Source of the DNA: the human T2T-CHM13v2.0 reference genome, Homo sapiens
DNA: 64,000 nt
NCBI RefSeq assembly: GCF_009914755.1
Contig: NC_060926.1
Strand: one strand, 5' to 3'
Below the pieces are notes generated by a model that was not told the DNA's origin, did no database searches, and was given only the letters and a program-made list of their open reading frames with translations. Below, piece by piece: positions 15,521 to 28,682 of the stretch. The stretch's first letter is position 1, and each line of letters opens with the position of its first letter. The position numbers and the translations under genes were made by a program.

Positions 15521-16446
15521 AGCTGAAAAATCCCCAATATGTGGAGATTAAACAAAATAATTAAGTAACACATGGTTCAAATAATAAGGCTCAAAAAATT
15601 AATAAATATTTTGAAATAACGAAAATTATAACACAACTTTGTGTGGGATGTATTGTACAGAAATGCTTAGAGAAAATTTTGTACCACTGAATGCATCTGC
15701 TAGAAAAAAAAGAGATATAAAATTTAAAAACTTAAGTTTCCATGATAATAAATTAGAACAAGAGAGAAAATTAAATAAAAAATAAGCAAAAGAAAATATA
15801 TAATAAAAATTAGGGCAGAAATCAATGAAATTGAGACTATGAAACAATAGAGAAAATAAACAACATCAAGCTGTTTTTTCTGAAAAGATCAGTAAAATTC
15901 AAAGCTCTAACAAGGCTACCAAACAAACAAAAAGACACAAATTTCTAATATCAGAAATGAAAGAAGGGTCATCACTACTGATTCCCTGAACATTAAAAGA
16001 ATAATAAAAGAATTTTATGAAAACTATATGCCTACAAATTGATAACTTGTATGAAATAGCTTAATTTCTTGAAAAACACCAAACTACCAAAACTCACACA
16101 AAGAGAAGCAATCTAAATAGTCCTGTATCTATTAAATAAGTTAAATAAATAATTTATATCTTTTCAAAACAGAAAGAACCAGGCCCAGATGAGCTCATTG
16201 GTGAGTTCTACCAAACATTTAAGGAACTGTCTTAACTCATTCTAAAATCCTAATACCAAACTAAGCAAATAAATTACAAGAAAGAGAAAGTGTAGACAAA
16301 TATCTATCTCTCTTGAACACAGATGCAAAAATCCTTAACAAAACATCATCAAATCAAATATAGCAATGTATAAAAAAATTATCCACCATATCTAAGTGAG
16401 ATTTATTCTAGGTTGGCAAGGCTAGTTCAACACTCAAAAATTAATA

Positions 16447-18857
16447 CAAGCAAACAGCAATAATGTGAGTTTAGTTCCAGGCTACCGAAATAAAGCAAAC
16501 ATCACAATATACCAACTAACATATTTCTAAAAATTTTCCAGTCCATGTAAAAGTTTTGTTTATGCTATACCATAGACTGTTAAGTGTGTAATAGCATTAT
16601 GTCTAAACATTGTAATACCTTAATTAAAAATTGCATCATTGCAAAAATTGTGATTGATCATTTGAGCCTTCAGTGAGTCATAATATTTTGCTGGTGAAGG
16701 GTCTTGCTTCTGTGTTGATGGCTTTTAACTGATTAGGGTGGTGATTGCTGAAGGCTAGAGTAGCTGTGGCAATTTCTTAAAGAAAGACAGCAATAAAGTG
16801 TGCCACATCAATTGATTCTTTCTTCCATGAAAGATTTATCTGTAGCATGCAATGCTGTTTGATAGCATATCCACGGTAGAACTTATTTTAAAATTAAAGT
16901 CGATCCTTTCAAACCCTACTACAGCTCTATCAACTAAGTTTATTGAATATTTGGAATCCTTTGTTGGTATTTCAACAATGTTCACATTATCTTCACCGGG
17001 GTAGATTCAATCTCAAGAAATCACTTTCTTTGCCCATGTATAAAAGCAACTCCTCATCCATTCAAGTTTTCTTATGAGATTGCAGCAATTCAGTCCCTTC
17101 TTCCGGATCCTCTTTAATTCTAGTTGTCTGGCTATTTGCAACAGATCTGAAGTTACTGCCTGCAGTGAAGTCTTGAATCACTGAAAGTCATCCATGAGGG
17201 TTGGAATCAACTTCCTCCAAACTCTAATTCATGTTGATATTTTTACCTCCTCCCATTAATCACAAGTGTTCTTAATGGCATCTAAAATGATTATTTCTTT
17301 CCAGAATGTTTTTAATTTACTTTGCCCAGTTTCATCAGAAGAGTCACTATCTATGGCAACTACAGCTTTACAAAATATATTTCTCAATAACACTTGAAAC
17401 TCAAAATTATTTTTTGGTCCATGGACTGTAGAATGGATGTTTTGTTAGCAGGTATGAAAACAACATGAATCTCTTTGTACCTCTCCACTGGTGCTTTTCG
17501 GTGACCAGGTGCATTGTCAGTGAGTAGTAATACTTTGAAGCGAATTTTTTTTTTTTTTTTCTGAGCAGTAGGTCTTGACAGTGGGCTTAAAATATTTAGT
17601 AAACCATGCTGCAAACAGATGTGCTTTCTTTGTTTTTCCATTTATAGCACACAGGCAAAGTAGATTTAGCATCATTGCTAAGGGTCTTAGGATTTTCAGA
17701 ATGGTAAGTAAGCTTTGGATTCAACTTAAAGTCACCAGTTGCTTTAGGTACTAGAAAAAAAGTCAGCCTGTCCTTTGAAACTCTGAAGTCAGACATTGAC
17801 TTATCCTCTCTAGCTATGCAAGTCTTAGATCATATCTTCTTCCAATATAAAGCTGTTTTGTCTACATGGAAAATATGTTGTTTAGTATAACCATCTTCAT
17901 TAATGATCTCAGCTACATCTTCTGGATAACTTGCTGCAGTTTCTGCATCAGCACTTGCTCATTCATCTTGCACTTTTTGTTTTATGAAAATAGTTTTTTT
18001 TTTTCCAAACTCATTAACTAATCTCTGCTAGCTTTCAACTTTTTCTCTTCAGCTTCCTCACTCTATAAGCCTTCATTGAAAAGAGTTAGGCTTTTGTTCT
18101 GAATTAGGCTTTGGCTTAAGGGAGTGTTGTGGCTGGTTTTATCTTTTATTCAGACCACTAATACTGTCTCCAAATCAACAATAAAGCTGTTTCACTTTCC
18201 TTTCATCATGTGCCCACTGGAGTAGCACTTTTAGTTTCCTTCAAGAACTTTTCATTTTCCTTCACAAGTTAGCTATTTGGCAAAAGAAGCCTAGCTTTCA
18301 GTTTGTCTTAACTTTCAACATGTCTTTCTCTTTATGCTTAATTATTTCTAGCTTTCAATTTAAAATGAGAGATATGCATCCCCTTCCTTCACTTGTGTAC
18401 TTGGAGTTCATTATAGGGCAATTAATTGACCTAATTTAACATTGTTGTCTTTCAAAGAATAGGAAGGCCTGTGAAGAGGGACGGAGACAGGGGAATGGCT
18501 GGTGAGTTGACCAGTCAGAACACACACTCTTATCAATTAAGTTTGCTGTCTTAAAGGGGCATAGTTCATGGTGTCCCAAAACAATTAAAATGTTAACATC
18601 AAAGTTCAATGATCACAGATCACTGTAACAGATATACAGATAATAATAATGAGAAGGTTTGAAACATTGCAAGAATTACCAAAATGTTATACAGAGACAC
18701 AAAATGAGCACATTTTTTTGAGGGGGAGGGTGGCAGGAAATTGGTATTGACAGACTTGCTTGACACCAGAATGCCACAAACCTTCAATTTGTTAAAAAAA
18801 AAAAGTAATATCTATGAAGTACAATAAAGGTAAGTACAATAAACTGAGGTATACCTA
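16447..18857 (-). mobile_element. Tigger1 (TcMar/pogo-like DNA transposon), full length with decayed transposase
   Basis: ~2.4 kb with degenerate TIRs ('caagcaaac...' and '...gaggtataccta') and TA at both flanks (16445-46, 18858-59). Peptides '[13 protein letters not shown]', '[17 protein letters not shown]' and 'SKDRLT' are pogo/CENP-B-type DDE motifs. Confidence 0.95.
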
Positions 18858-20089
18858 TAAATATAATTCATCACATCAACAGGGTAAAGAGAAAAGATTA
18901 TGTTGTCATATCAATAGATACACAGAAAGCATTTTCTAAAACCCAATACTCATTAATGATTTTTAAAAATGTATACAAATTGCAAATAGACGAATACTTC
19001 CTCAACTTGAAAAGAACATCAACAAAAATATTACCACTAACACCATACTGATGGTGAGAAGTTTAATGGTTTCTTTCTAATAATGGGAACAAGGAAATGA
19101 TGTCTCCTTTCACAACTCCTGATGTACATCATACTGGAAGTCTAGCTAATGCAATAAGAAAATAAAAATAAATACAATATGTATCGATTGTGAAGGAAGA
19201 AATAAAACTGTATTTGATTACAGATGTTATGTTTGTCTATGTAGAATGTCCCAGAGAATCAACAATAACAAAACCTACTAGAACCAATAAACAATTTTAG
19301 AAACATTGCAGGATACCTGTTAACATACAACAGTTTACCATTTTTCTATATACCTGCTATGACCACTTGAAATTTTCAATTGAAAATACAACACCATGTA
19401 CATTAACACCAAAATATGATGAGTATTTAGATATAAATATAACTAAATATATACCTGAACTGTATGAGGAAATCTACAAACCTCTGATAAAAGAAATTTT
19501 AAAAATCTAAGTAAATGGATAGATATTCTATGTTCACAGACAAGGAGACTAAACATTGTTAAGAAGTGTCTATTCTTTTCAAAGTGGTATACAGATGCAA
19601 CACAACCTAATCAGTCATATTGTGGTAGCTGAAAACCTGATTTTAGAGTTTATACAGAAAGATATAAAACTTAGAATAGCCAGCACAATATTGAAGAAGA
19701 AGAACAAACTCAGAGGAGTAACACTAACTTAAGACTCTCTATAAAGATACGGTAATCCAAACAGTGTGACTTTGATAAAATAAATAGATTATTATAACAG
19801 AATAGAGTGCCTAGAAATAGCCACACACAAATAGCCAACTGACTTTGACAAAGGAGCAAAAACATTTTAATGGAGAAAGAATATTGTTTTCAACAAATGC
19901 TAATAGGACATTTAGATGGCCATATGCAAAAAAATGAATCTAGACACAGATCTTACATCTTTCACAATAATTAACTCTCAATCGGGATCATATACCTAAA
20001 TATTAAACTTGAAACTATACAATTTCTAGAAGATAATATAGGAGAAAATCTAGGTGTCCTTAGGTTTAATGATGACCTTTTAAAATCTA

Positions 20090-20770
20090 TTAAAATAGAT
20101 TTTAATTTTAGAGCAGTTTTAGAGTTACAGTAAAATTAAGTGAAAAATACAGAGATTTCCCTTACCCCCTCTGATCCCCCACATGTACAGCCTCTACCAC
20201 TATCAATATCCTACATAGAAGAAGTTCTTTTGTTACAGTCAATGAATCTATAATGACGTACTCACATCACTCAAAGTTTATTGTGTACATTAAGGATCAC
20301 TCTTGGTACAGTATATTATATGGGTTTTGACAAATGTAAGGCAACATATATCCACCATTATAGTATTATACAGGATAGTTTCACTGCCCTAAATATCTTC
20401 TGAGATCAAACTATTTATCCCTTCCTCTACATCAACCCCTGGCAACTACTAATCTCCATAGTTCTGCCTTTTCTAGCATGCCATATGGTAGGAATCATAC
20501 AGTATGTAGCCTTTTCAGATTGTCTGTTTTCATTTAGTAATATGCATTTAAGTTTTTTGCATGTCTTTTCATGGCTTAATAGCTCATCTCTTTTTGTTGT
20601 CTAATACTATTCCATTGTCTGGAAGTACAATTTATTTGCCCATTCACCTACTAAAGGGCATCTTTGTCGCTTCCAAATGTTGGCAATTATGAGCAATAAT
20701 GTAAACATTTGTGTGTAGATTTCTGTGTATATGGAAATTTTCCACTCATTTAGGTAAATACTACGTAGCA
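20090..20770 (-). mobile_element. L1MC1/2-like 3' end
   Basis: 'tagagcagttttagagttacagtaaaattaag...cagagatttccc...ggaatcatacagtatgtagccttttcagattg' is the reverse complement of an L1MC 3'UTR. Confidence 0.85.
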
Positions 20771-20796
20771 TATACATAGTTACATAGATACATAGG

Positions 20797-20798
<2 letters not shown>

Positions 20799-20832
<34 letters not shown>
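20799..20832. repeat. (CG)4(CA)13 microsatellite
   Basis: Directly visible alternating purine-pyrimidine tract. Confidence 0.95.
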
Positions 20833-21963
20833 GAAGTAATACAAATTATAAAATTGAGATTAAAAAATAACTTCACCATAGCATCAAATAATCACAAATA
20901 ATTAAGGATAAACCTGACAAAACATGTATAATACCTGTACATTTACTACTAAAAAACATTGCTGAAAGAAATTAAGGAAGAATTAATTGAGTGATAACAC
21001 TGTTTTCATGCATGAGAAGCTTCAATATCATTAAATGTCAGTTATTAATTAACTTATCTATAGATTCAACAAATTACATATAAAATCCCAACAGATATTT
21101 TTGTACTAATTGTAAGCTTTAATTATCTAAATAAACATCATGTGGAATAATTGGGGTATATTTTAAGGTAATTCAATTTGTTTCTTTACCATCCTTCTTT
21201 CTAATACCAAGTTACTATTTTTTTAAGAACAATGTACTAAAAATATGATATTCTTTTTTTTCTTTTTAAAAATTGCTTGCAGTTCTTCAAAGGTAAATTT
21301 TGTAACTCATTTATTTAAAATTGCAAACAACTTTCAATCTCTCTTAACCATGCTATTATATTTTAATTCTGTAAAATGTTATTACTTTCCAATTATTTTA
21401 TTTTTCTCTTCATTTTCTGGGGTTGAAAATATTCATAGAAAAATAAGATTTTTTTTTACAGTGGTCTTAGTTCCACTTCCCAAAGATTGCTCTCCTATTC
21501 TCTTATTTACTTCCAATTGTCTTACCTTCATCTTAGTTCCTTGCCCTTCACTTTTAACCTAGAAAAGAGGCTGGGAATAAAAGGGGATTGAATTCAGCAA
21601 AAATATATTATGTTGTTTATTTTTCTAACACTCAAACTATATCTAAAAAATGTATTACTCTTGTGCTATATCCATGTTCCCTTTTCTCATCTCCAAATTA
21701 CTCTCTCTAAATCGAATACAGAAAGGGAATGTAAGCAAATAGCCTGTTTGGTCAGTATTAATTTGATATTACTAGTATTCAGAAAAATGGACAAAGTTTT
21801 TTTTTTAATCTTATGACTAAAATTTTCCAGACTGAAAAAAAATTAACTGTTTCATCCCCAAATCAGAATACTCCAAATCAGAATAGTAAAATTTAGCAGT
21901 AGAATTTTTGACAATTTTTTTCACTTGAAAAAAAACAATTACAATAAAATGTTCATATGATAT

Positions 21964-22581
21964 AAGTCAATTATATTTTAGTCTTGATTTATTAATCTGC
22001 ATTGGGCAGCTCAACTTTTACACATGTAGTATTGCCTCAGATAAAATACATTGATATCATAAATAAGACATGAAATTATTATAATGCTAATCTCATAATT
22101 GTGAGATTAAAAATTAAATTATTCTGAAATTAAATTAATTTATTTGAGAGATGTTTTTCAAAGATTTAAACAGATTGTTTCCAGCATTTTTGTCTCTAAA
22201 AGTGAGGTGAATTAGATGAGCCTTATAATTATTACCAGATATTTCAGAATATTAAATATAAAACACTCTTCCTGACTTAAGATCAAGTGCAATGTGAAGA
22301 GATAACTGAAACTAGAAGACAGTGAAAATCTGGATAAATAAATAGAAAGCTTACCGAATACATCTTTGTAGTAACCATTTATTTATTTGTCATGTGATAC
22401 CTGTTGCTGAAATTTGTATTAAATACATATAATGTATAGGATACCACTGGATGCTGAAATCAATTTATTCTAGATTAAAAATATAATTTTTCAAACAAGG
22501 CCAATTTTAGTAAGAAGACATTTATATTCACCCCCTTAGGAGAGATGACAGGAAAGCAACTACAGAGGTGTATAATATGGT
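21964..22581 (+). repeat. Inverted duplication 1, copy A (partner 58117-58740)
   Basis: Aligns by eye end to end with the reverse complement of 58117-58740 at roughly 90% identity. 22154-22275 is identical. No transposon family recognised. Confidence 0.95.
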
Positions 22582-23751
22582 AATTTATGCAAATATATTG
22601 AATATGTGAAGAGCAAATAATTAAGTTTAGGCAACGAAAAGACAGGTAAAACTTAGACTTCTCAGTGATTTGTGCATTGGGAATTGTACACCTTCCTGAT
22701 TACATTAATTGAGGACCAGATGAGGTAGCAATTGTGCAGATGTCATGATGAATGCTGCACAGATATGCACAGCTGTCAGCATCAGGTATGCCACTATTGT
22801 GTTTAATTTCAATGTTATATCCATGTGACAGCTACAGTAATGAGATGCTAGTGTAAGGTGGACAAGTACCAAAATTTACTCTTATCCTAGAAAATGTAAA
22901 GGGATTCTAAATCACCTATCAGAAGCCCATAGAATCAATCCTACATTTGCAACATGGGACGATCACCAAATAAAAGAATTTTCCAGAATAAAAAAGCAAT
23001 AGATTATTTCTCATATTTTAAATTTTTTATGCTAAAGAAACTAGCTGGTATTTACATGTCACATTATATTTATCAATAGATAATTTATTATATTGATAAA
23101 CTAATGGATAATATGGTGGCTTGAAACATTTTATTGCAGTAGAGAATTTTGTCAGAAACTCTAATTTAAAAACTAGTAGGGTGGATTATTTTCTTTCAAG
23201 AGGTTGAAATTATTCAATGACAAATATTTCCTTTGTGTGTGTTTCTGTTATTTTCTGCTCTTAGAAGGTCAGTAGGGAAAAAATTATATTTAAATGTGAT
23301 ATAAATATGATATAATTCCTGAGTGTTATTTAAATACCAATTTTCAATGGTGATAACAAAAGTGGATATTGAAATGTTAGCGTTTTGTTAACGAGAAATA
23401 TTGTTAAATAACATAAATAAAACTTGACATCGTAATTGTGAAATATTTCTGACTTTGTAACCAAATGTTTATTTGAAATTACGTCTTTTTTCTTGCAATA
23501 AAAATATGAATTTTACCCACTCAAAAATCATATATTGTATAATTGTTTTGCAAAGATAACAGCAGACTTCCACTGATCAATTTTTATCATCTTTTTTCAG
23601 TTTTTATTGTCCAGGTTGTTTCACACTTGTAGATGTTGTGGGGGTTTTAGTGACGTTCTTGTTGATGTAGATAAAAAGAAAATTCCCTAACACAATCCAC
23701 AAACCTCAAGTTTACCACTTATTGTTTAAATCATAAAAATTAAACAATTTG

Positions 23752-25665
23752 TGGTGGCAGCAGTGGCCTATCCAGTTTGGCCGCTGTGGGGACGGCAGCT
23801 GCTGTGGGGGAGGCGCAGCTGGGGCTGTGCAGTCAAGGGAGCAGGTGAGGGCTGGAAACAGGTGATCCCAGTAGGAGCTCAATGCCCCACTGAGTTGGTG
23901 TGTGGGAGGCTGCGCTTCTGGGTGCAGCTACAGCCACCCTGCAACAGCTTCAGACCTGGTCATCCCTTTGTTCTCAGGGGGCTGAGGAGCACCCTGCCCC
24001 CACAGGCTTGGAAGTGTGTGCTCCTGTTCCCTGGCTTCTCCTGGCTCCCAGCACCCGGCCTGGTGGAGCAAAAGTGTGGATGTGCCCCAGTAGCTGAGCC
24101 CAGGTGCTGTCATGACCTGACTGAGTGTGTGCATGCTTTGGGCCACGCTGACATGCCAGCCCCCTGTTGCCTCAGGCCCCTCTGGAAACTGTTTCTGAGG
24201 AGGAAACTTTGGGGATGAAGGACCACGGGAGGGAGGCCAGGGGGCTGAGGGAGGGCGGGCACAAGCCTGTGGCTGTCCCTTGGTGCACAGAGGCCTGTGG
24301 CTGCCTCTTGGTGCAGACATCGTGGATGCCGTGGAAGGCATGTTGACGGCAGCTGGAGGCAGACAGGTTCCTAGGCAGGAAGGGGCAGGTCCCTGGTGAA
24401 ACCCCACCTTCAAACCAGGGATGGCCTGAAGCCTGGGTGGGAGACTGCCAGTTTGGGTGAAGTCATGACCCAGAGTGAGAACTTCTTTGACGCCTTTCAG
24501 CCAGTCAAGTGATGCTTTTTCTAGGCCCATCCAAGGACCAATCAGCATGCAGTTCCTCCTGCCCGTGGATCAATCAGCACACACTGACTCCATTCTGAGC
24601 CCATAAAACCCCCCAGACTGAGCCAGACTCAGACACTCCTTGGGACTACCTGCCTGTAAATAGGAGCTACCTGTTTTGGGTCTCCTCTCCACTGAGAGCT
24701 GTTCAGTTGCCCAATAAAGCTCTTCTCTGACCTGCTCACCCTTCAATGTCCGTGTAACTTATTCTTCCTGGACGCAGGACAAAAACTCAGGGTCTGCTGA
24801 ATGGCAGGCTGGAAAGGAGCCAAAACAGCTTCCTGACTGGTACATCACTGAAACACTTTCCTAGCTGGCTTCTCAAGCTGCAAATGGGAGCTAAAGAGGC
24901 TGTAACGCTCCTGGTGGGCTCTCCTATCTGCAGACAGTGACATGCTCTCAGACTGTGGAAGTGAAGCCTGGTGACCCTTCTGAGGGCCCAGACCTCAGGA
25001 TTCCCTGAGCCAGAGCTGTGAACATTACAGCCCTCCTGCCCTCCGTCAGCATTGGGTGGCTGCCCCACAAGACAAGAAGCACTGATAGGGTCAGGCCAGC
25101 CCACGAGCCACAGGCCGTAGCAGGGTGGCAGGACTGAGAGTTGTAACACAAACAGACTAAAACACATCTCCACGGAACACTCCCACCTACCACTGCTCAC
25201 CACACTGCTGGCGATGAGAGGGAGAGAAGAGCCCAGACCCCGGGACTCCCCAATCTAGGGCTGTGACACACTCTAACACCCACTTTGGGAGTCTGCAGTT
25301 ACTGGCATCTTCGTGTTTTTGGACACCCCTCGTCCAGACGCTGGTGCTGGCAGCGGAAGCCGCTTGTGTTACCTCTGATCCAGCACAGTCTTACATGGAA
25401 CCAGAGCCTGTGCTGGCACCTGGAGCTGCCCACCCCGCCACACAGCAGCCTGTGTGCCTGGCTATGTGTAGTGGCCAGACCCCATGCTGACTTGCTCGCT
25501 TACACATCACTCGCTGATGAGTGCCTGGCTCAACCTCGGCAGGTGTGGGAGCTGGGCAATAGCGTGAGCTGAGCACAGCCTGCCTGGTTGAGTGGGTAGA
25601 ACAAGCCCACCAGGCAAGAGCAAAACTCAAACAGAGCCACTGCCAACCAGAGGTTTCCTGTGACA
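23752..25665 (+). mobile_element. MER52-type ERV1 solo LTR (~1.9 kb, GC-rich)
   Basis: Starts 'tggtggcagcagtggcc'. Contains 'ggaggcagacaggttcctaggcaggaaggggcaggtccctggtgaaaccccaccttcaa', CCAAT boxes (~24536-24578), 'cataaaa' (~24602) and AATAAA (24713-24718). Ends '...ccagaggtttcctgtgaca'. Confidence 0.85.
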
Positions 25666-25891
25666 CCGTCACTACTTCTGAGTGAGAACATGTATCTAAC
25701 ATAAAACAAATTGTTGTCTACAAATCTATAGAATTTTTGACAAGCATTATGACAGGATGAATAGATTATTTTGATGGTATTATGAAGATGATTTTGATAT
25801 TGTTATGAAAATTTTCCATAAGAGGACACCAAATACTAATTTATTACAATTGTACTCTTTAATTTTATTTTTATTTTTTATAGTTTGTAAC

Positions 25892-26014
25892 TTTTTTTTT
25901 AGACACAGTGTCTTGCTTTTTGCCCAGGCTGGTTCTTGAACTCTTGTTCTCAAGCAATTCTCCTGCCTCAGTCTCCCAAAGTTAAGATTACAGCATGAGC
26001 CACTGCACCCAGCC
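25892..26014 (-). mobile_element. FLAM (Alu left-monomer fossil)
   Basis: Single Alu monomer in reverse ('tgcccaggctggttcttgaactc...gagccactgcacccagcc') with T-tail. Confidence 0.85.
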
Positions 26015-26177
26015 TTCCACTCTTTTAAATTTTAATAGACTAAATAGACACAGTGAAACTAATATATTACATCATTGTTTTGTCTAATTCAGCCAGTTAT
26101 GCTGCTTGAAAGCTCTAAATAGATAATTAGATTGATCAATACATAATTCAAGAAATAGACTTTCAGTTAATAAATAA

Positions 26178-26474
26178 GGCCGGGGTGGCAGCTCATGCCT
26201 GTTATCTCAGCACTTTGGAAGGCCAAGGTGAGGACTGTTTGAGCCCAGGAGTTTGAACCAGACTGGGCAACATAGCGACACCTCATCTCTACAAAAAATC
26301 AGAAAATTAGCTGGGTGTGGTGCTCACACCTGTGGCCCCAGCTACTTAGGAGTCTGAGGCAGGAGGATTGCTTGAGCCAAGGATGTTGAGGCTGTAGTGA
26401 GCAGAGATCACAGTACTGTATTCCAGCCTGGCAACAAAGCAAGATTCTGTCTCAAAATAAATACATAAAAAAAA
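26178..26474 (+). mobile_element. Alu SINE, AluJ-like
   Basis: 'gaggactgtttgagcccaggagtttga' and 'ggaggattgcttgagcc...gaggctgtagtgag' are J-type features. A-tail present. Confidence 0.92.
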
Positions 26475-27305
26475 ATTGTAAGAAAAATGAATTTATATGT
26501 GAATTCAATCCTTGATAACAATGAGAACTCCAATATATACATGCACATTATAGTTTATTTAGGAAATATTATCATTTCACTTGAATTTATGGAATGACTG
26601 CAGAACTTCATATAATGAACTCTGAACTAGTAGAAAAATCATCTGGGAAAATAGTCCTGAGTCCACCACTCAATGTCTAAACAAGAATTAATGAACTAAG
26701 TAAGTAAAATTATTTTTCCTCACAGATTAGCTGAATGTAATTATACCTGTGCATCCACTTCATCTGCTCGTCATACCAATAATGCAAAAGTGATATATTT
26801 GTCATAACTGTGCAAAATACAAATTTGTAACACATTAACTATTAACATTTTTTCTTACAATTTATAAATATAAAACTTTAAAAATATAACTTCACATCTT
26901 ACCACAAATATAGATTACCAGTGACATCTGCAATCATTTAATATATTGCTAGAAAGGTAAAAGTTTTTAATGGCAAAATTTTGATTTTACTTTTTCATAT
27001 TAATTCAGTTTAAATGGGTGTAAGCAGAAAATAAAAGTCATCTAAATTCTGTACCAACTTAAAGCAGGGAGCATCTGTCAGCATAATAGGCCCTTTAGCC
27101 TCCTGCTGGGCAAACTCAGCTAGCAGACATTTTTTAATTGACTGAGTTCTAGAAGAAGCAATTTTCATACAAAAGCTGGCAGTTAAGGAGGAAAAGTGTT
27201 TTTATCCTAATTGGATTGGATTTGGCCACTGGGATCTTTTCTATTCACCATCATAAATTTAGAAACCTTTTGTAAATTTATACCACTCAGGATGTTCATA
27301 GTTAC

Positions 27306-27391
27306 CTGATAGGTTGCCTCATTCAGTTGCTGGTGCCGAGTCTGCTCTTTGCTTCTTGAATAGTTTGTTGCAGTCCTTCCCCAGTGGGTTC
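27306..27391 (-). other. Candidate 86-nt internal exon of an unknown, possibly non-coding, transcript
   Basis: On the minus strand: 'gcctccttatattcttcag|GAACCC...CCTATCAG|gtaact'. Lies in non-repetitive sequence with higher GC than its surroundings. Motif evidence only. Confidence 0.25.
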
Positions 27392-28682
27392 CTGAAGAAT
27401 ATAAGGAGGCATTTGGGTTTATTTAGCAGCTGGTTATCTCCTGCTAATGGCTGACAAATGGACATCCCTTGAAGATACTATTTGCTTTGCTTTCTTCTTA
27501 ACTTATCCTGCCTATTTGAGGGTTTGGTTTGTTGTTCAAGCCTGTCAGGAAAATAACGTATGGTCAGACAGTTACAATTAACATCCATTATAACATTATG
27601 TCAATTGCTTATTCATTTTTTAAAGCAATTGCAGTAATGGGTTGCAAACGTTGATTGTGTTTTAGCAATCGAACATTATATTGTGATTAAATTAGTACTA
27701 GTAAGTAAATTAATATTTCTTTTTAAGCCTGCAGTAAAAATGATGATACTTGAATACATGCATAGCTCAATCATTATGATGAACTGATTTTCCGTAAGTA
27801 CAAACACACTTTCTCTTTCTCACACACACACACACACACAATCACATACATAAAAAATGATTATTTTCATTGGCTTAATTTTCTTTTTTTCTTTTAATAC
27901 TAAGCCCATCCTTTTGCAGAACAATGTTCTAATTTAAATAATTAGCATAAGAATTAATTGAATATATTTAATGCTGATTTTCCATTGTTACTAATTATAT
28001 TTTAAAACTTCAATTCATTATATATTCTCAAAAATAGTACTAAAATAATTTGAAAAATTCATTCTCTAACAATTATATTTCCACATAATTTTGAATCGTA
28101 TTTTTCTATTAACATGGGTAGAAAACTAGCATTTGTTATATATATGAAAAAGAGGTTAAAGAAATTGACAGCCAGACCTCCTGAATGGATAAGAAGCAGT
28201 TAGGCCAACTCTGTTATCCAGAAATGCTCTCTCCATCTTCATACATCCTTCTACCATTGTATGCATAGAATTCTAGAGAAAGAAGGAGAGGAGAACATTT
28301 GGAGTTCTTCAAACGAGTAGGGTGCCAAATAAGCAAACAAACAAAAAACTCTCAAAGACACACAAACACACACACAAAAAAAATTGGAGGAATTGATGAT
28401 AAGGGTGTATAATTTTGCTGTTCTTGAGTTACATGTGTGCCTACTTATGAAGCAAAATTACTGTCCAGCCATGTTCGTGTTAGATCAGGGAAAGGACGAT
28501 TTGAGCGGAAATGGCAGGTTGGAGTTCAAGGGCTTCAGTGAGTCTGAGTTTATTTCCAGAATCTGCTTTGGCAAGATTGTATGTTTCCTTTGAATCAAGT
28601 AGGCAGAGTAGTTGGTAGCCAGGCATGAGCAACCTTGCTAAATCTCGGATAAATATGTAATATGTTGTCCTAAATGAGTCAA

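Noticed and set aside
17384-17796. DDE transposase-like peptides suggesting a domesticated TIGD-type gene
   Set aside because: They are fragments of a frameshifted Tigger1 with TIRs and TA TSD. There is no intact ORF.
23751-25702. Cluster of long ORFs (up to 206 aa) on both strands
   Set aside because: All lie within the GC-rich MER52 LTR, where stop codons are rare. The frames overlap on both strands and contain no recognisable domain.
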